Shown here one piece after another: positions 62,022-64,000 of a stretch of DNA of 64,000 nucleotides. The stretch is from Podarcis cretensis. Lineage: Eukaryota. The DNA is taken from assembly GCA_951804945.1 (NCBI GenBank), contig OX638156.1, positions 37,200,001-37,264,000 on the forward strand, given 5' to 3'. The notes under the pieces are model-generated. The model saw nothing but the letters and a program-made list of their open reading frames with translations. It had not been told where the DNA came from and made no database searches. Positions within the stretch are counted from its first letter, which is position 1. Every line of letters begins with the position of its first letter. A program made the position numbers and the translations under genes.

Positions 62022-62780
62022 TCATTTATTATTATTCATTTTATTTAAAAGCATTTATTAACCAATTAACATTTCAAAAACCTCTAAGTGGTGTACAATG
62101 TAAAAACAAATGGTACTATTGAAACAAAAATACAACAAAAAGAAGTTCTATAAAAGCAAATAAAAGGGGAAAATCCAAGGAATAAAAAGAGGGTCCACAT
62201 GGGTCAAGGAAAATTTGGGCAAAAAGGGCAGCCTTCACTAGGCACATCTGAAGTAGCTGAGGGTGGCTGCTTAATGGATGGCAGGGAAAGAGAGGGAAGG
62301 GAAGCCACAGTGGTGATGCTATAAGGTGAGTTTTTCTGGCGGGTCAAAGCAATCTTGCTGGTCCACGCAGGGCCAAGTGTTCTGTTAGTTCATCAAGTCC
62401 TGAGGTGTTCATTATATGTGAACAAGACCTTGACCATGGCTCAGTCGCTAATGTTCATCCAGTCCATAACCCTCGGCACAGGTGTAATATGTGAGCACCC
62501 AGGTGTTGACCAAAGTGTTCTGCACCAGCTGCAGCTTCTAGGCCAGTCCCAAGGCAAGCCTCACACAGAGCACATCACAGCAGCCCAACCAAGACATGAC
62601 TCACAGTGGGCAAGCTATCCCTGTCCAGCAAAGGGCACAGCTGGCAAAACCAAGCTGGTAACAGGCGCTTCTTTGAAGCCACAGGAGCCTCCAGTGACAA
62701 AGGCAGATCCTGGAGCATCCTCAAATAACATCCCTGTTCCTCTAGAGGGAATGCAACCCAATCCAGACCTGGTGAACTCC
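62022..62780 (-). mobile_element. Old L2 3' fragment
   Basis: Minus ggttgggctgctgtgatgtgctctgtgtgaggcttgcc...aagctgcagctggtgcagaac (compare RLDYCNAL...KLQLVQN). Confidence 0.7.
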
Positions 62781-64000
62781 CCAACCCCTGGACCAGGGGA
62801 CAGCTCAATCACATCATCACAGAAACCCCAGGACATTTTGAGGCTGTGGTGAACCTTGGAGAAGCTCTGCCCACAGCCAGCCCCCCCCCTCCCCTGCTGG
62901 CCTCTTCCATTTGCCTTCCCTCTGGTCACTAAAAACTGATGTTATCACATCAAACTGTTTTCCAGACAATTATGAAACATAACAGGTTTGTTGCGGGGGG
63001 GGGGGGAGTGGGGGAAACCTACAGAGCAGCTCAAAGCTAATTAATTTCTATTACTAGTGAATGAAGAACCACTTAACATGTCTTTTCTTATTTAAATTAC
63101 CATTGATGACACCTGCTTTTTTATTCTTGGGAAATCCTGCTACAATACCGCTAAATTATGTAAGCGTTGAATTTATGAAGAGGAGGCAATTAGCATTACA
63201 AAAACATTTCGGGCTACAATTTATTATGGAAAGAAAAGAGTTATGATGCTCCGTTAAATGGTCCAGAGATGAATTACATATTTAGTTAAGCCTTGTTGGG
63301 GTTGTGAAAACTTGCAAAGCTAAATGGTGTCATTACACTCTGTAATTATTTGGTTGCTTTTGGTGGGTGGGCACTTCAGCCTCGTGCGAATCTCCAGGGA
63401 TGAGCTAGGTCTGTAGGTTACCATGGACTGATTCCCGCTCACACTGTTTGCCAATGGTGAGAACAGAGTGCTGGGCTCAGTGGGTCTTTGCTCTGATGCA
63501 GCAGCAAGGCTCACCGCCCCCCTCTCTCTCTGTGTGTGTGTGTGCTCAGAGGTTTCTTTTCCAGTTCTTTGCAAGGACAATCTCCTTCCCCACCAGCAAC
63601 TAAAGCTCTGTGTGGGAGAGAAAACAACGGAGGAAACTTTATTTGCAATCAGCAATATCTGTCAGCTTTCCCCAAAGGACATTTTAGGGAGAGATTGAAG
63701 CTGACAGTTCTTGTCTCTCCAGAACTGTCTTGTGTTTGGGACAAAAAAGTGCAAGCAAGGAAGGAACTTTTCCCTCTTGGAGGCTCTGGGAAGAGGCCGT
63801 TAATGTGGATACAATGAGTCAAGGATTCTTGAGTTGTGGGTTGGACTAGAACACTCTCTGGGGTCCCTTTCAATTCAATAATTGTATGATTTGATGAGTC
63901 TGAAACGAGAGGGGAGGGAAGGAGGAGAATCTCCAAGCAGATTGCAGCACAATCCCGTGTGTCACTCTGAAGGAAGTCCCACTGAGTTCAAAGGGGCTTA

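Noticed and set aside
62355-62852. 165-aa ORF
   Set aside because: It is the antisense reading of a decayed L2 RT.
1-64000. Most short six-frame ORFs as host genes
   Set aside because: They have low-complexity or random composition, overlap repeats, show no recognisable domains and form no consistent exon chain.

Overview
Vertebrate (squamate, probably lacertid lizard) non-coding DNA. This is inferred from the Sauria SINEs and the squamate-type CR1, L2 and L1 repeats. I found no host protein-coding exon, rRNA, intact tRNA or CRISPR array that I can support. The window is a mosaic of transposon relics: two CR1 3'-end types, L2, RTE and RTE-X, nested L1s, several SINE types, TA-flanked Tc1/mariner-pogo MITEs, hAT MITEs with 8-bp TSDs, and solo LTRs. 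Between them lie repeat-free, homeobox-motif-rich blocks that look like developmental enhancers. Main highlights: (1) a complete 1.9-kb TSD-flanked ORF1-only (HAL1-like) non-autonomous L1 at 2167-4050 that shares a 3'-UTR motif with autonomous-type L1s in the same window; (2) a decayed minus-strand gene with very short introns and KDZ-transposase-like and PHD-like motifs at about 12.6-13.5 kb; (3) a near-perfect 187-bp foldback at 37227-37413; (4) an L1 inside an L1 inside a CR1; (5) an apparent templated repair insertion copied from 6.5 kb away. All family assignments come from motifs read by eye, not from database searches.
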